IMG/VR virus record: IMGVR_UViG_3300009285_000011
Span: 1 to 50,241 of that record
Strand: one strand, 5' to 3'
From: a virus
Length of the DNA stretch: 50,241 nt
Shown piece after piece: positions 48,447 to 50,241 of the stretch. The position numbers and the translations under genes are program-made. The stretch's first letter is position 1; the number at the start of each line of letters is the position of its first letter. The notes beneath the pieces were generated by a model that saw nothing but the letters and a program-made list of their open reading frames with translations, had not been told where the DNA came from and made no database searches.

Positions 48447-50215
48447 TAACTGGTTATTCCAATCTGGTTAAGCGCCTGTAAAGCCTGTTGCGCGGCGCTG
48501 TTTTGTCCTCTGCCTGTTGCCTGATTTGCCATGTTAATCCGTTGCTGCCAAAACTGTTGATCGAGTTGGAGCAATTGTCTCATAGCCTGCTGCGCCATCT
48601 GGATTTCTTTTTGATGCGCATCACGGGCAAGCCGCAGTTGGCGCTCTCGTCCGATGCGCATATCGCGCATCTGTCTGCTCATATCAGTCTGTAAATCACG
48701 GCGGTTACGCTCATAACCGCGCAATGTCTCCTGTCGCTGGCGTCCCTGTGATGACCTGAAATCGTCCATTTCGAGTTGATTGGCAATATTACGTTCGATG
48801 GCTTGCTGGCTAAATTGCTCACGGGTATCTTCTAATCGCATTTTTGCGTCTTCAGCTAATCTTCCCATAGCCAGAAAATCGCGGTTGCGGATGGCATCCT
48901 GCTCGCTGCGCGCTCCCTCTCTGCGAATATCGTTAAGTGTTCGCTGGTTATCGCGGGCGGCGGCTTGCTCATCACGCATATTGCCCAGTGAAATACCCTG
49001 TAATTCCTGCTGACTTTGTAGGGCGGCATCGGCGAAAGTATCTGTCAATCCTTGCGCTAAGTCTTTAATACGATCCTTCTGCCCGCGCTTGGCGTCAGTA
49101 ATGGCTTCGCGGGTTTGGCGGCCTATGCTGGATAGACTATCGGCATACCGTTGATTGCTTTGTTCGATTTGCCCGGTAATCCGTTCCCGATCTGCCGCCG
49201 CTTTTTTCTCTTCATCGGCGGCTTTTTTAGCGGCATCCACCGCCGCCGCCGCGCCAGAACTAATCGCATCACTGACAACCCCGGCCTCCATCCCTAGTTT
49301 ATTCAATTGCTTTTCGAGTTCTTGAATACGCGCCGTCGTCTGTTCGCTGGTATCACCGGATTGTTTTAGGATATCCAGTTCAGTTTGCAGGGCGGCGCGT
49401 TCGGTTTCCAGTGAGGCAAGTCGTTCCTGAGATGCTTCGACACCGCGTTTACCCGCTTCTGTCTCAAGACGAATACGGTCTCCGGCGGCGATGGCGCTCT
49501 GGCGCATAGATTGAGCGGCATCGGCGGCGGCATTACCTACACTGTCGAATGCTCCGGCTACATTTTCCAGAAGCCCGGTAGCTTTATCGACTTCGACATT
49601 AGCCGCTTTGTAGGCCGCTTCGACGGTAGCCTGTTCTGCGCCAGCCATACTGAGACTTTGTTTTAGGTCATAGATAACGCCATCGAAGCCCTTCATCCCT
49701 TCATCAGCATCTTTCATGAGCTGATTAAGACGCGCCATATCATCGCGATACTTGGTGGCAACCTGAATATCTTGCTCGCGCTGCGCCCGGATTTTTTCAA
49801 GCTCTTCGCTGGTTTTGGTTTCCAGTTGGGCGCGGTCTTTAATCACATCAATAGTAGCTTCGGTAGCTTTTTTGGCTTCTTCCATTTTCTTTTTTGTTTC
49901 AGCCAGCGCAATACCTAAGACTACGACGGCGGCAGTTGTTGCTACACCAATTGGCCCTAATGTGCCGATGGCGGAACTAAGACTGCTAATCGCTTGCCCC
50001 GCCTGTCCGCCAAACCCCGCCATACCGCCAAGCATACTGACCTGCTGCCCGGCAGTAGAGATTTTCCCTCTCATACCGCCAACAGATTTGCCACCTACCC
50101 CGCCAGTTCCGATGGCCTGCTGTGAGCGTAGGATTTGGTCGCCAGCAAGCAAGACATTATTGACTGAGGCTTTATCGACTTGATAGCGGAGTAAGACTTC
50201 ACTTGTCTTTGCCAT
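48446..50215 (-). CDS. tape measure protein
   Basis: This 589-aa protein has Gly-rich and hydrophobic N-terminal segments and long Q/R/E/A-rich coiled coils. It lies directly downstream of G/GT across the circular junction. Confidence 0.8.
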   Translation of the reverse strand: MAKTSEVLLRYQVDKASVNNVLLAGDQILRSQQAIGTGGVGGKSVGGMRGKISTAGQQVSMLGGMAGFGGQAGQAISSLSSAIGTLGPIGVATTAAVVVLGIALAETKKKMEEAKKATEATIDVIKDRAQLETKTSEELEKIRAQREQDIQVATKYRDDMARLNQLMKDADEGMKGFDGVIYDLKQSLSMAGAEQATVEAAYKAANVEVDKATGLLENVAGAFDSVGNAAADAAQSMRQSAIAAGDRIRLETEAGKRGVEASQERLASLETERAALQTELDILKQSGDTSEQTTARIQELEKQLNKLGMEAGVVSDAISSGAAAAVDAAKKAADEEKKAAADRERITGQIEQSNQRYADSLSSIGRQTREAITDAKRGQKDRIKDLAQGLTDTFADAALQSQQELQGISLGNMRDEQAAARDNQRTLNDIRREGARSEQDAIRNRDFLAMGRLAEDAKMRLEDTREQFSQQAIERNIANQLEMDDFRSSQGRQRQETLRGYERNRRDLQTDMSRQMRDMRIGRERQLRLARDAHQKEIQMAQQAMRQLLQLDQQFWQQRINMANQATGRGQNSAAQQALQALNQIGITS

Positions 50216-50241
50216 CAGAGTGTGACCTTTACAGTATCTTC
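50165..50241. repeat. terminal direct repeat, copy B (identical to 1-77)
   Basis: See copy A. Confidence 0.95.

Overview
The window is a complete, circularly closed genome of a tailed dsDNA phage. The first 77 nt are identical to the last 77 nt, giving a unique length of 50,164 bp, and genes read seamlessly across the junction. The layout is siphovirus-like. One long minus-strand late operon wraps the junction and runs in this order: TerS, TerL, a four-gene insert, a portal-MuF-ADP-ribosyltransferase fusion, prohead protease, scaffold, major capsid protein, an ~8.5 kb sugar/methyl-transfer island, head-tail joining genes, tail tube, G/GT chaperone with a visible -1 slippery site, tape measure, distal tail and fibre-like genes, and a holin-like cassette. 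One plus-strand early/replication module (22.8-37.3 kb) starts at a divergent promoter/operator region and carries many small ORFs, wHTH, RHH and HTH proteins, a Toprim-helicase, a DUF1064 protein, a pentapeptide-repeat protein and two aberrant tRNA-like elements. I saw no integrase, CI-type repressor, DNA polymerase, CRISPR array or rRNA. The host cannot be assigned from sequence alone. Five things look most worth following up. (1) The glycosyltransferase/O-methyltransferase island sits inside the structural operon and includes a full-length CmoA (carboxy-SAM synthase) homolog. (2) The portal-MuF-ART triple fusion. (3) A RuvC-less IS110-type Tnp-domain protein lies behind a 400-bp non-coding region that ends in an array of 36-bp tandem repeats. 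(4) A 528-aa protein with 15 Thr/Ser-rich ~20-aa repeats sits between terminase and portal. (5) A plus-strand two-gene cassette with a consensus promoter is embedded in the late operon. All functional calls come from by-eye motif recognition and synteny, and no database search was run.
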